Shown piece after piece: positions 1 to 14,944 of a stretch of DNA of 64,000 nt (positions within the stretch are counted from its first letter, which is position 1; every line of letters starts with the position of its first letter). A program made the translations under genes and the position numbers. The stretch spans positions 1 to 64,000 of the forward strand of contig NIVC01003324.1 in assembly GCA_002269645.1 (NCBI GenBank), in the 5' to 3' direction. This DNA comes from Macrostomum lignano. Lineage: Eukaryota. Below the pieces are notes generated by a model. That model was not told the origin of the DNA, searched no databases, and worked only from the letters and a program-made list of their open reading frames with translations.

Positions 1-329
1 GGAATGCAGCCCCAAAGATGGCATTCCGGTAGAAGAGTTCGGTAGAACAGACGGTTGGCCGAGGGTCAATAATGCAACAGTCTGTTTAACAGTGCAGCAT
101 CTGATGACGCTGACTGAGCATCTGACCTGCTAGGCTTGATGCTACCGCTTGTAGTATCCGGTTTAATCTGTGGCACACAGTTTTATGTCTACAAACCCCA
201 TGAACTCATCCAGTCCTGACCTCATGAAATCACAAGCTCTTGAACTTCTGTGCCTATGAACTAGGAACTGAATTGGAATCTCGGCTTGGCTCTGCTCGTG
301 CAAATTAACGCCAACCTAGGGCCAATTTA

Positions 330-411
330 GGGCCAACCCCCAAGGCACAGTGAAGTGTACTTGCTTAACGATAAATAATAGAGGTAGGGCCGCTGTACAC
401 TCCTGTGTGAG
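330..411 (+). other. Dispersed ~80-nt repeat core, copy 1 (candidate structured element)
   Basis: gggccaacccccaaggcacagtgaagtgtac...gtagggccgctgtacactcctgtgtgag; homologous to copies at 3143, 13264, 27699, 45238 and 63410. Confidence 0.75.
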
Positions 412-540
412 TGTGTGCCTGCGCGTATGTCAGCGTACGTATCCGCGCGCTTGTTTGCCTGCTCAGGGGCGTTGGCGGAATGTGTGATAATGTCGTTTAA
501 AGTGCTCCAGGGTGCACACAGCCCCCTGCCTCTAATAAAA

Positions 541-1143
541 AGCCCATGAACTACTGAACTGCTGAGCCCATGAACTACTGAACTTCTGAGCCCATGAACT
601 ACTGAACTGCTGAGCCCATGAACTACTGAACTGCTGAGCCCATGAACTACTGAACTTCTGAGCCCATGAACTACTGAACTGCTGAGCCCATGAACTACTG
701 AACTGCTGAGCCCATGAACTACTGAACTTCTGAGCCCATGAACTACTGAACTGCTGAGCCCATGAACTACTGAACTGCTGAGCCCATGAACTACTGAACT
801 GCTGAGCCCATGAACTACTGAACTGCTGAGCCCATGAACTACTGAACTGCTGAGCCCATGAACTACTGAACTTCTGAGCCCATGAACTACTGAACTGCTG
901 AGCCCATGAACTACTGAACTTCTGAGCCCATGAACTACTGAACTGCTGAGCCCATGAACTACTGAACTTCTGAGCCCATGAACTACTGAACTGCTGAGCC
1001 CATGAACTACTGAACTTCTGAGCCCATGAACTACTGAACTGCTGAGCCCATGAACTACTGAACTTCTGAGCCCATGAACTACTGAACTGCTGAGCCCATG
1101 AACTACTGAACTGCTGAGCCCATGAACTACTGAACTGCTGAGC
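541..1143. repeat. 24-bp minisatellite (agcccatgaactactgaact[g/t]ctg), about 25 copies
   Basis: Direct reading; explains the SSSVVHGL and WAQQFSSS repeat ORFs. Confidence 0.95.
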
Positions 1144-1699
1144 CGACTCCACACTAAACATGGTTGATTCCCAAATTTTCTCTCAGCAAATAGCCAGCCA
1201 TGCAGATCCACTTGTCCTTGATCGAGAAAAAGTTTCTGTTAATTCCCACCCGAGCTCCAACCCTCCGCCCAAGACTTTTCGAGTATGTTCGAGTAACTAT
1301 AGCCTGCCCCAATCCAGTAGGAATAGCAAAGCAAATGTTTGATTTAAGCCTCAGGGTCTGCTACTGGTTGGGAATCCGGCATATGGAGCCTTGTGGAGAA
1401 GTTCATCTACAAAACTGCTTGATCTGATCGTTAAATTCCATGTCACTGCTAACATCCGAACCCCTAGATTATAACAGTTATCTTCTCATCCTTCTTTCTT
1501 GCGCTGTTTTGTCTCTTCTCTCTTGTCCTGTGTCTCTCTTGAGTGTCTAGTTTTGTATAGATCTCGTCCTGTCTTTCCTCCATTTTTCTTGTCCTTTCTA
1601 TCTTATCTAATCTTCTTGTCTCCTCTTTTCTGTCTTTTATTTGTCTTGCGCGTTTCTCTTTCTTGTCTTGTGCCCCAGCTACCCCAAAAAGTCAATAAA

Positions 1700-2955
<1,256 letters not shown>

Positions 2956-3142
2956 GCCTGGATGAGGCAATATTGGGCAAGGCCCAGACCGAATCGATGG
3001 ACCAGCAGCGGTTGACACGCTAAAATTGACTTGCTCAGCTCTGCCTCTCTGCAGATTCTGCGGCTTAATAAAAATGAGAACCTCATCGAATACAAGAGTC
3101 AGGTGACACGAGGCTCACTGACCGAATTCTACAAACTGTTTA

Positions 3143-3203
3143 CGGAGAGTGCACATGCCTGAAGATTTAGAAAGTCAGGGGCCGCTGTACACCCTGTTGT
3201 GAG
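3143..3203 (+). other. Dispersed ~80-nt repeat core, copy 2 (5'-truncated)
   Basis: gagtgcacatgcctgaagatttagaaagtcaggggccgctgtacaccctgttgtgag. Confidence 0.7.
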
Positions 3204-5424
3204 CGTGTGCATGAGTGCTGTGCATGAGTACAGTATTGGCACGTTTGTATGTGCTCAGATATAATTTATCTTTTCCTGCAAAAATCAAACTGACCATTGG
3301 GTGGGTGGCTGCAGTTTTTGCGGCGTTGGTTCAGAAAATCAGAGTTTCTACTCACGAATAGCCTTAGATCAAGTTGACTTAATTCCTTGTGACCTTTTTT
3401 GTTCTTCACTTGCTTTCGCAATGTGACTACTAACGATTTAGTAGTTTACAATCGTTAGGTTAGAGTTTAGTTTATGGTTCGGTTCGGTGCTCTCGCCACC
3501 TTTCTCCCTTCCTCCATTCACTCTGTCGCTTTCACCATTCACTCGCAATCTTGACCCAACTCACTTGAGATCTCTTTTGGATCCTCTCTTCTTCCATTTG
3601 AATATGTATCACCCCAGTCTCACAATGCACCCATCAAGATGCACGTCGCTTTCTGCCCAGCCTTTTGTGCCTCTTTCTCATTCGATATTTGCCTACGAGT
3701 ATATAGCTCAAGTGGACAGGTATTGTGCCGCCGTTAACAAAGTTTGACCCGCGATTGAAAAGAAATTGTTGGTCAAGTCAATTCTAGCAGATCTACCGAG
3801 ATTAATTAAATTGCTGCATTTGGATGACCAAGAAATTCTATACGTCTCATGATTAGTTTACTTGTAATTTCGCTTACTCTTATGCCATTGCTGATAGGAA
3901 GCGATGTAGAGCTGTCGCTCAATTGTAGCAGAGTTTGTAGGCAATTACTGATTGGCTCTGAAATATGAGCGCTAATGCTCTATGTGAATGATTATTTGAG
4001 CGAAACTTATCAGAAATTGCATTTGAGGTACGCTTGTACTTGTATCAATCGATATGAGTTACTCAGATATCCTCTCATTTTCGAATTTTCGCAGGTTCTG
4101 AACTCTTTTTCTGAAGACCCTAAAGATCTCAAGACCCTGAAACCCAATCTGAAGACCCTTGCCCTCATATAATGCTTTTGTCACTCTTGGTGCACTTTCT
4201 TGCTGAGCACTGATTGGCTGGACGTTTTTTTCTCTAGCTGTCTGTACCCCTCCTCCATCCCTGACTACCCCATGCGCGTTACTTTCTCTCCTTGCGCGGC
4301 GCTGATTGGCTGGAGAAGGCTGGGCGGGGCGCTGTCTGCGCGGCTGGGGTGGGGTCGCTTGTTAAGCCTGCATGCCCCCCGTGCCGGCTGTGGCCTATAT
4401 AGGCCTAGTCGCACTGAAAGACATCATGCCAGTTTGCATTAGTAAGCTAAGAAGTTAAATAAGGTACACGTATTGCCAGCTAAGCAAAGTGAGCTGTGTT
4501 TCGCAGTCTTCGTTCTATCAATTGCTTAGGGGAACCTAAGGGGAGTTGTGTTCGGACACCCAGTCACGTGGGAGCGTCCTGACGCGGGCAATCAAGGACC
4601 CGTGTACCAATACTGCACTAGTATACATTTGAACTGTTATCTGAAGACCCTGAAATAAATCTTAAGACACGGAAGTGTTATCGCTTCACACGGCGCTCTT
4701 AAATCCCATTTCACCCATCTAGCCAACACCCCCCCCCCGAATCCAGACGAGCAGAGGTGCCTAAATTATTGAACAGCTTTTTAACATCCTATGCCTCTAG
4801 AAGAGGGCATAAAAGAAATCGAATTAATTAAGAAATCTAAAATGGGAAATGAAATCTCCGGTTCGATATATTTTGCTGCTGCCATTCGAATTCTTAAAAC
4901 TATTTGATATTCTCAATCGGCCGGATTTTGTCTCGCGTTTCAATTAAATAAATAATTAATTAAACTGCTAGTTTGCTTCCAGACAAGCGATGGGGTGGAT
5001 GCAGAGTGACAAAACAAGATCGGGTTAGATAGCTGCCGCCGATTTCAAGTTGGCTGACTGGTTGGCTGCACTTTTGGAATTAATTAATCCTGGCCTGTGG
5101 GATCTCCTCGTCAGCAATTGTGTGTGGGCCGGCTCTGCCGCTACCAGCAGGCAGGGGGGTGGTTGAGCCTATTTTTGGCCTCGGGCAGCCGGGTTGCGGG
5201 GCGAGGTGAAGACCAGCAACGGGGGCGAATATTGAGCGCGAAAAATGTTTTCCTGCGATGGTGTAGTACATGCTTTCCCAATCAGGCCGGCTGGCCAGCT
5301 ACCCAGATTGCAGTTGTCAAATTGCATTCTCTCGAATTTGAAAAGCAGAGGAAAAATTCGAGCGTACTTTGATTTGAATTAGTTTAGATTGCCGTAAAAT
5401 TATTCTCAGGATGTTCACGTCCCA

Positions 5425-5660
5425 GAGTAAATATGTTCACATCCCCGTGACATCATGTTCACATCCCCGCGACACCATGTACTTCACATCTGCGTGACAT
5501 CATGTTCCCATCTGCGTGACATCATGTTCACATCCCCGTGAAATCAGGCTTCACATACCGTGACATCATGTTCACATCCCCAGGCAATCATGTTTCTTAT
5601 ACCTGTGACATCATCATGTCCACATCCCCGTGACATCATGTGCTTCACATCTCCTTGACG
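5425..5660. repeat. Degenerate ~22-25-bp minisatellite (catgttcacatccccgtgacat)
   Basis: Direct reading. Confidence 0.8.
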
Positions 5661-6629
5661 TCATTTTCTAATCCCGAGGATATCCTCATCCTCAGATTGC
5701 ATGAAGTGTCCCTCAGCTTCCAGCGTTATCCTAAATCACCACTGTTGTCCGTAATTCCTAAACCCATAGTCTACTATCCGTAATCACGAATTTCACATAA
5801 TTATTCCGATATTAACATCGATCTAGCACGCTCGTATCCTCATGACATAATCTTCATATTGCCTTGGCATTATCTTCATATAACCCACTCGTCCTCAAAA
5901 AACTTTCAGATCCCATACCTCCAAGCTAGCATCCCGATATCCTCTCAATCATCCACAAGTGACCGGAACACAATCATCTGATCCATGATATCGCATCTGT
6001 GGGCGGCGGCTACCAAGACCTCTGATGCACCGAATTTTCGAGCACTTTCATTTGCCAGCATCCAATGTCCCAACCCGCATCGCCCACTTCAGTTGCTATG
6101 CATTTGGGCTGCCCCTACAAACCTCGAGAGGCCTAATCTCCCCTCCAAATCCTGCCACCCACCTCCCTATGCATTTTTACTAAGATTGCAGTTTAGTAGC
6201 ATAAATCACAGAGTTATCGCGCCAGATCCTGCAACTTTGGTATAATTAATCCAAGGTACTGCACTGCATTTTAGATACAAAGGCTATTTTACATTATTTT
6301 TCTGTCCAAAGAAATTTTTTTGCAATAGAACACTCAAATATATCAAATATTCTTTTCTAACAATTTTGTGTGCAAAAGTAATATTCGGAGCAATAATACG
6401 ATTTACATTTTAGTTAGGTGCAATAAAAATTGGCTGACAATAACATTACGAGTATTAACAGATTAATCTCTCATGGCGCTTTTACTTATGTAAATTCTCT
6501 TCAAAAATGTCTTTTTTCTACATAAAGCAGCATATTTGCAGGCAATCGATAAGGTGTATCTACTGATGTGTCTTTAAAGCCGAAATTATCGCGAAAACTT
6601 TTCAAACGTTCAGGGGCCAAGTGGAAAAA

Positions 6630-7285
6630 CCGATTTGGCGCCGATGGTACCAATTAAGCGCCTCTAGGATCTTATTTGGCGCCTCGAGTATCTATTTGGC
6701 GCCACTAGGATCTATTTAGTGCTGATGGGATTTATTTGGCGCCTCTAGGATCTATTTGGTGCTGATGGGATTTATTTGACGCCTCTAGGATCTATTTAGT
6801 GCTGATGGGATTTATTTGGCACCGATGGGATCTATTTGGCGCCGATGGGATCTATTTGGCGCCTCGAGTATCTATTTGACGCCTCTAGGATCGATTTAGC
6901 GCCGGTGGGATTTATTTGGTGCCTCGAGTATCTTTTTGGCGCCTCTAGGATCTATTTAGCGCCGATGGGATTTATTTGGCGCCTCTAGGATCTATTTGGC
7001 GCTGATGGTACCTATTTAGCGCCTCTAGGATCTATTTGACGCCTCGAGTATCTATTTGGCGCCTCGAGTATCTATTTACCGCTGATGGTATTTATTTGGC
7101 GCCGATGGGAGTTTTTTAGCGCCTCTAGGATCTATTTGGCGCCGATGGGATCTATTTGGCGCCTCGAGCATTTATTTAGGGGCTAATATGACCTATTTGG
7201 CGCCGATGGGATCTATTTGGCGACTCGAGTATTTATTTGGCGCCTCTAGTATCTATTTAGCGCCGATGGGATCTATTTTGCGCTA
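6630..7285. repeat. 20-bp minisatellite (ggatctatttggcgcc[gatg/tcta])
   Basis: Direct reading; alternating variant units. Confidence 0.9.
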
Positions 7286-7611
7286 GTAAATATACAAGCA
7301 TCACAAAAATTATTTAAAAGTTAAGCACAGTGAGCTCTCCTTCAAGAGTTTCCCCATTGAGTACAAGTACTGTGGCTAGTGCAGTTCAGTGCATCCTGCA
7401 CAAAGCGATGCTCAAAAATCAAAGAATTCTGTGGTGCAGCAAGCAAGCGAGTGGGAGGCGCATATACAGCACGCTTTCAACACTATCGTATAGAAAATTG
7501 CCAGATATATAAATTCCTTATGAATTACGCAGAGAATACTAAGTAAGCCAGTAATTTATTAAAAATATCGCATAAAATTCGTCAAAAAGACACTAAAGAC
7601 AGGCGCTAGAG

Positions 7612-7824
<213 letters not shown>

Positions 7825-7830
7825 TATATG

Positions 7831-9717
7831 TCAAGTCTTGGGCCCTCTCCTGGCACACTGGTGCCCTACAAAGTACACGAGTCGTCCGAATATGAGCAGG
7901 AACTCGCAAATGCTGACTATGGCCATGCCGATCCACAGGCCCATGATGCCGCCGATGTCGCTGAGAAAAGACTTGAGCGGATAGGCCTCAGATTCCGACA
8001 TCACCTGCATGTCGGCCGAGGCGTAGCCAATTTCCAGCAGCAGCAGCCGCTCCTGCATGTACTCCAGGCCGGCCTCGTACAGTGGCTTGGGCTGCGGGTT
8101 GCTGTAGTTCATGCCCTTCAGGAAGGCCGCCCGCATCGTCTCCAGCACCCGGGCGCCAACGCTGGTGCTGTTGAGCTGGACAATGGCTTTGTCTAAGAAC
8201 GGCTTGATTGTGTTCACGAATATGCGCGCGAAAGTGCTCGGGTGCTTCCTGGAGAGCTGCGACTCCGGCCAGGGCACGATGGAGTGCACCGAGGAGAACT
8301 GCTCTCGCCGGCACACCTTCGGGCACTTGTCGACGGACACGCGGCTTCGAAACTCGTGGTCGTGACACTCGTCGCGCTTAAGGAACTTGGCGATGTCGTC
8401 GTGCTTCAGCAGCTGGCTGAACGGCATCGTTGAGACGCCGTCAAGTCCGCGCACCATGCAGAGGGTGTCGTTTCGCGGATCTTCGCGGCACTCGCGCGGG
8501 AACTGCTGGTGCGTAAAGGCATCATCCGGGGGCAGGTTGCAGAAGAGGTTGCGCGTGTCGCCCAGGCTGTTCAGGGCCGAGTTGTACAGGTCGATCTCGG
8601 TGGGCAGCAGCGCGCTCAGGCAGCCGCACTGCTCGTAGATCTGCCTCTGCAGGGTGACATCGGTGCACAGCGCCGAGGTGTAGGCAACATTTAGCGTCCT
8701 GCTGCTGCTGACGAATAGGTCCTCCTTGATCTGGTAGAACTTGTTCTCGGCGATGCAGCTGGTCTTATTGTCGGCCACTACTGGCAGCTGGGAGACAACC
8801 ATCTTGCGCAGGTCGATTTTCGTGTAGTGTCCGGTGCGCAAGAAGTAGCGGATGCTGTCGTGACAGCCGAACGACTCGTTGAAGCAGATGTACAGCCACA
8901 GCCCACTGTCCGACACCAGCTCGAAGGCGTCCTGCTCAGCGTAGAAGTACCAACCGTCGGGTACGTTGATCACGGCCGTCAGCGGGCTGGTCACGTGCTC
9001 CTGGGGCTCCCAGGAGAAGCAGCGGTTCCGCTGACTGTCAAAGGTGGTGCCGAGGTCTTTCATGGCCGGCTCGTCGTCGTCCTGCAGTCCGATGTGGACG
9101 AATACGTCCTCCTTCTCGTGCTGGATCTGGCCGCGCTCGCGCCACATGTGGATAAGGTACCAGAGGAAATTGTTCTTAATCTTCATGCCAACCATCTTGC
9201 GGTCGACGTTGTTGTCCCGAATCTTGTAGATGAAATTCCAGAACATTGGCAGGATCTCGTTGTAGATCATCTCGAAGGTGACGTTGCGCAGGCGCGGGTT
9301 CGGCACGTTCAGCATACTGCGATCCGCGTGCCGCTGAGGTAGTTCTGCGGACAGAGCAAGATCGACGGCATCCGGTCAACGCGTTCCACCCTGGTCTCCG
9401 TGGACACCGGGGTGGACTGGTACCGGATGGTGATGGAGACCAGGTGGATGACGAATCCCGTGAATGTGGCCAGGAACACCACGGCCCAGAACAGCCGGTG
9501 GCAGACGTCAGCTGACCGGGCCATCTTGCGTAAGGCCGGGATCGAGTTCTCCTGGAAAGCGGCCTTCACCTGGGCGATTCTCTTCCCGGCTGTCGCAGGC
9601 CTTCTTTGTCGAACCAGCCGTGGCCGTCCCGGCCTCTGGGTCGGAATTGAGTGGCTCCTTTTCATCTTCCTTCTGGGGCTGCTGTTGCTGCTGGTTCTGC
9701 TGCTGGTTCATCTCCAT
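7831..9717 (-). pseudogene. DEG/ENaC (ASIC/degenerin family) channel subunit, intronless, frameshifted as given (pseudogene or assembly error)
   Basis: ORF 9309-9665 gives TM1 (HRLFWAVVFLATFTGFVIHLVSI) then YQSTPVSTET...MPSILLCPQN. ORF 7831-9315 gives the Cys-rich ectodomain (QCGCL, KCPKVC) and TM2 (YPLKSFLSDIGGIMGLWIGMAIVSICEF). A -1 shift is needed near 9320. The start (9717 or 9665) is uncertain. Confidence 0.88.
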
Positions 9718-9974
9718 TGGACTTGTTGTCGGCTTTTTTCGATCTGGATATGACGAATTATGAGTAAAAAAGAAGAACTCGACTGCAATTGCTGTTCCAT
9801 GGCTGCGCAATTCTGCCGCACACAGAATGAGGCCAGTTTAAATGCAACAAACAGCAAATATTGAAAATGTTTTCACTGCAACTGCGCCAGCCCAGGTGAC
9901 CCACGTGAAATCGAGAAATTATTACGCAAATAACAATATCCAAAAGGGAACCGGTGTGTCCTGCAACTCTGAAT

Positions 9975-10107
9975 GTATATACACACCAGCAACGCTAGCT
10001 AAAGGTATGTACACACAGCACGCTAGCTAAAGGTATGTACACACCAGCAACGCTAGCTAAAGGTATGTACACACCAGCAACGCTAGCTAAAGGTATGTAC
10101 ACACCAG
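9975..10107. repeat. 30-bp tandem repeat (acaccagcaacgctagctaaaggtatgtac), about 4 copies
   Basis: Direct reading. Confidence 0.9.
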
Positions 10108-12519
10108 CGCTGGCAAAGACACTGATGGCGCCAAAGTGTAGAACACAATAAAACGTACGCAGCGCACAAACGCTAGACCAAAGTTTTTAACCAACGCTAT
10201 AAATTGTGGATCTCTGCAGCCCAGCTTTCATTGCTGCAGAATTCACTACAATCCGCAAGCTCTGACCAAAGGTCGGATAGAAGACGAAGAAGACGAACCT
10301 CGTGGCTACCAGACTTTAACACATTATTCTTTCTCCTATGCTTATGGCCTTTTCGATTCCTTTACCCTCCGTTACGAGCTATCCAATAGTTTGCTATGCA
10401 CTTTCTATTTTCTGCATCTAAATTAACATTTCCCTCTATCTGTACAGAGCAATGCTTAGTCTGTCGGGAGGACAAATATAAACTTGCAGCATTTTGGTTC
10501 TTCTCTACCTGAATGACCAGCCCAGTGAGTCATTCAATATTTTCTTATATCAGCTGGCTGCATTAGTTGATTGGTAATAACTCACCAGGAAGTCTCAAGG
10601 TGCAGGAAGTCTTCGCGGCAATATTACTCAATCAGTCTTGCTTTATTACTAATAAAGGTGCATTGCCCCAAATGACAGCTGCTTTGATGAACGTTTCTCT
10701 ATTGAGGCAATTCTTCTTACTTTCCACTAAAGTCTGACACAGTCACCCGTGTGAAGAGAAGCATAGGCAGTTTTATATAAGCCAGGTCGGACCCCTCGCG
10801 AGGCTTGATTGGCTAACTCCAACACAACCTCCAACTGGGGCCGTGGATTCCACCAAGGACCTTTCTGGTCGTATGGCATGCCATGGATTAGAACCCCCCC
10901 GAAAAGTTTTTTGCTGCGCCAAAACAAAGCAACGCACGCACATGAAATTCGAGAATGCGGGCTCACTTTTTGTTGCACACCTTCTTAAACAGGAATCAAG
11001 TAGCCAGTCCTTAGGACCGTCGTGATATTCAACGATTCTGCCAGAAGGTCGGATTTTTCCTATAAGCACCCCTGTGCGCCAATCAGCACTGCACCTTCGT
11101 GCAGCCTTGCCAAACCTCTAAATTTCATCAGCACGTCGATCACATGTGTCTGCATCAGCTCTGACTTCGTTGGTCACTGGCCCTTCACCCAGACGAAGCT
11201 TCCGGACCTTCAACAGGTGGCCATTGACGGGCGGAAAAATGGTTTGGTATTACTTACAGCTGAAATAGTAAATTTTACTATGCAGGACTTTCAAAGTAGA
11301 CCTTTATCTCTGCTAATGCTTATGGCCCACTAAAGAGGAAACGCAAGCTATCCTGCACCCCTGTTTTGCTATCTGGTACACTAGTTCTTATTCTCACCTC
11401 TCACCCCCGTCTTTCTCTCCCCCCACTCGCCCCCGCTGATTGGCCAGCCGCGCTTGCGCATGACCTTCACCCCCCTCCTGTGCGTGATTGGCTCTGCCCA
11501 GACTAGCTTCAATTTCTCTCCCCCTTGCCCCAACCACCTCAGTCTGTCTGTCTACCCCTAGCTTAGCCTCCACCTCCTCCAAAGTTAGTAGCCTTTGTGG
11601 CAATTGCCTTGAATTGAAGAAGATGTACTTTTATTCTGTCTATCTACGGTGTGTAATTGAGAAATTAAGCTGGAATCTTATCCTAAACTAATCAGTAAAG
11701 CGCTTGTCTGCTCTCCAATCCACCAATCTACAATTAGACGTCCATGGTATTCAATTTGAAATCCCGCGCTTATTCTACCTTCTTTCTGCCTTCTCCGCAG
11801 CGCTGCAGAAAATCGTTGAGCCTCAGGTTCTGAGATTTCCTCCCAACAAAACGAGTATGGGGGGAGTTCAATCAAGTCTCATGTCGCAACTCAATGCATC
11901 ATTCTCAGAAAAGTGGCAGTTAACAAAGAAGCTGGGCTCAACCAATAGCTGGGTCGTGCGTTTCAGCCTCATCCTGAGTTGTACTCTCTCTCTCTCTCTC
12001 TCGTGTTATTACTTCCTCACGATATTTAATACCTTTGGCAATGAGGCGTGAGCGATAAAATTGGATTTGAGATTTATTTGAGCAAAATCGATGCATTCAG
12101 CTAATGCGACAAAGCACTTTAATTGCTGGAATGGCACCGTTAATGGGTTAATCAATAGCTTTGAATGCAGCAACATCATAAAGTTTTATTTCAAGTCTTC
12201 CTGTTCGACAATGCAGCTGCAGAATACAGTTTGATGTATCTCCATCTACTGCAGAGTTTAAATGGTCCATTTTCTGATGCAAACCTTTCCTTTGACTAGC
12301 TAATAATGCATTATACAATACTCTCGTATCCGATGGCATCATAAAAGCTCGTTCAATTTCCAATTTTGGCAATTCAATTAGAGACCGTGTGAACTTGTCT
12401 GCTTTGGAGCTGTCTCAGCATTGTTCTGATTCTTTTTCCATCTCGATCGCATTTCACATTTCATTGCAGCTTTGAAATATTTTGGAATAATAAGCAGTAG
12501 ATGGTACTTTTGGGTGCTG

Positions 12520-13215
12520 AGATGAGATCTAGAGAGAGGAGAAGAGATCTAGAGAGAGGAGATGAGGACTAGAGAGAGGAGATGAGGGCTAGAGAGAGGA
12601 GATGAGGACTAGAGAGAGGAGATGAGAGCTAGACAGAGGAGATGAGAGCTAGACAGAGGAGATGAGAGCTAGACAGAGGAGATGAGAGCTAGACAGAGGA
12701 GATGAGAGCTAGACAGAGGAGATGAGAGCTAGAGAGAGGAGATGAGAGCTAGAGAGAGGAGATGAGAGCTAGAGAGGGGAGATGAGAGCTAGAGAGAGGA
12801 GATGAGAGCTAGACAGAGGAGATGAGAGCTAGACAGAGGAGATGAGAGCTAGAGAGAGGAGATGAGAGCTAGAGAGAGGAGATGAGAGCTAGAGAGGGGA
12901 GATGAGAGCTAGAGAGGGAGATGAGAGCTAGAGAGGGAGATGAGAGCTAGAGAGGGAGATGAGAGCTAGAGAGGGGAGATGAGAGCTAGAGAGGGGAGAT
13001 GAGAGCTAGAGAGGGAGATGAGAGCTAGAGAGGGGAGATAGAGAGGGAGATGAGAGCTAGAGAGGGAGATGAGAGCTAGAGAGGGAGATGAGAGCTAGAG
13101 AGGGAGATGAGAGCTAGAGAGGGGAGATGAGAGCTAGAGAGGGGAGATGAGAGCTAGAGAGGGGAGATGAGAGCTAGAGAGGGGAGATGAGAGCTAGAGA
13201 GGGGAGATGAGAGCT
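12520..13215. repeat. ~19-20-bp purine-rich minisatellite (gagagaggagatgagagcta)
   Basis: Direct reading. Confidence 0.95.
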
Positions 13216-13263
13216 CAGCGATTAACGCGTACCCAGTTGGGATTCCGTGTACGAAAATTGGCT

Positions 13264-13312
13264 CATGCTTGACGATGACAGATATTCTTGGTCGCTGCAC
13301 ACCCTGTGTGAG
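13264..13312 (+). other. Dispersed repeat core, copy 3 (degenerate)
   Basis: catgcttgacgat...ggtcgctgcacaccctgtgtgag; only the 3' half is recognisable. Confidence 0.5.
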
Positions 13313-13989
13313 AGCTGTGCCTGAGAGCATCCTCTACCGTGCCGGCTGCCACCTCGATATTTTCGGCACTGCCTGGAGCCCCGCTTCAAGCAAACTAACC
13401 TGCCCTCTGGAACCCTCATAAACACGCAGCTACTAACATGAAGTGTTTTATTCAAAGAAGTGATGTAGTAGAGGTGATGCAGGCAAATAGTTCTCACTTA
13501 TACGGAAATAATAATAATGAGCCTGTGACTAACAATATCAACTGTCACAAGTAGGCTCATGGGGTAAGTTGATATCAATAATTTAGTTGATTGTCCTATT
13601 CCACTTACCTGTAGATGTACTTGGGCCTTCTTATCGGCGTGATTGGCAGCTGAATTGGCAGCTCAGCTCCTCGAATCGAAAGCATCTTCAAACCTCTTCT
13701 TGCGCTGCCCGTCTTCTAGGTGTTAGGCTTGGGTCTGTCCCACTGTACACTACAGATGTCTCAATTATCTGCCATATCGATTGGGATAACTTCATCTTGA
13801 GTGCCTCGCCACTTGTCTCTTTCGCATGCTGCTTGAATGCAGTATTAATTATCCAAGCTCTCCTGAAAGTTGAGACAAAAAGAGTACAAGAGGAAAATTA
13901 AGAAATGAGATCGAGGAACCAGAGTGGAAAGGAGAGGTTGAAAGATGATATGAGATCTAGAGAGAAGAAATAAGATATCGAAAGAAAGG

Positions 13990-14535
13990 GTGAGATCTAA
14001 AGAAATGGGGTGAGATCTAGAGAGAGCAGATGAGATCTAGAGAGAGCAGATGAGATCTAGAGAGGGGAGATGAGATCTAGAGAGAGCAGATGAGATCTAG
14101 AGAGAGCAGATGAGATCTAGAGAGGGGAGATGAGATCTAGAGAGAGCAGATGAGATTTCGATGGATGACATCAGATTTCGTGAGAATAGATGCGATCTAA
14201 AAAGAAGAGATGTGATATAGAGATAAGATAAGATCTAGAGAGAATAAATCAGATCTAGAGAGAAGAGATAAGATCTAGAGAGAGGAGATGAGATCTAGAG
14301 AAACGAGATGAGATTTCGATAGATAAGATGAGATCTACAGAAAAGAGATAAGTTCTACAGAGTTCGATGAGATCTAGAGAGAATAGATGAGATCTAGAGA
14401 GAAGAAATGCGATCTGGAGAGAAGAGATGAGATTTCGATAGATAAGATGAGATCTACAGAAAAGAGATAAGATCTGCAGAGAATAGATAAGATCTAGAGA
14501 GAAGAGATGCGATCTGGAGAGAAGAGATGAGACTG
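13990..14535. repeat. 20-bp minisatellite (gatgagatctagagagagca), related to the 12520 array
   Basis: Direct reading. Confidence 0.9.
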
Positions 14536-14944
14536 GATAGAAAGAGGCTCCGCAGTCCCACAAAATCTGCAAAGCAGCAAAAGTATTTAACCGGGCACGC
14601 TGGCCCAGATAGATAAACAATTATGTTTCACTTCAAACCTGTCCTAATCCGTCGCGTCAGCGGACCGAGCCCTACTTGCAGACTCCAGTCCACGTCAGTC
14701 TCTGACGTGCCCCATCACGAATACGTACGTTCTTCCCATTTCACGCTGGTTGTGGCAGGGGGGAGTTATTTTCGCACCACTTAACAAACCGGCTCTCGTG
14801 GAAGCTTTAATTGCGTTTGATACATTTTTACTGAAATAATTTTTCCTTTGATTTCTTTCTTTGATTCGACATGGACAACTAGATACATGCATCTTTAATC
14901 TGGATTGGACACTGCTGGGGTCAGGATTCATCAGCGTAGAGTGC

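Noticed and set aside
4195-4420. CCAAT/GC-rich promoter-like patches at about 4200-4420 and 11400-11560
   Set aside because: No adjacent gene start could be identified; they may be parts of repeats.
7828-9763. Multiple + strand ORFs over the DEG/ENaC gene, and similar antisense ORFs over PFKFB, ACSS1 and CtIP exons
   Set aside because: Shadow frames expected from GC-rich codon usage; no recognisable motifs.
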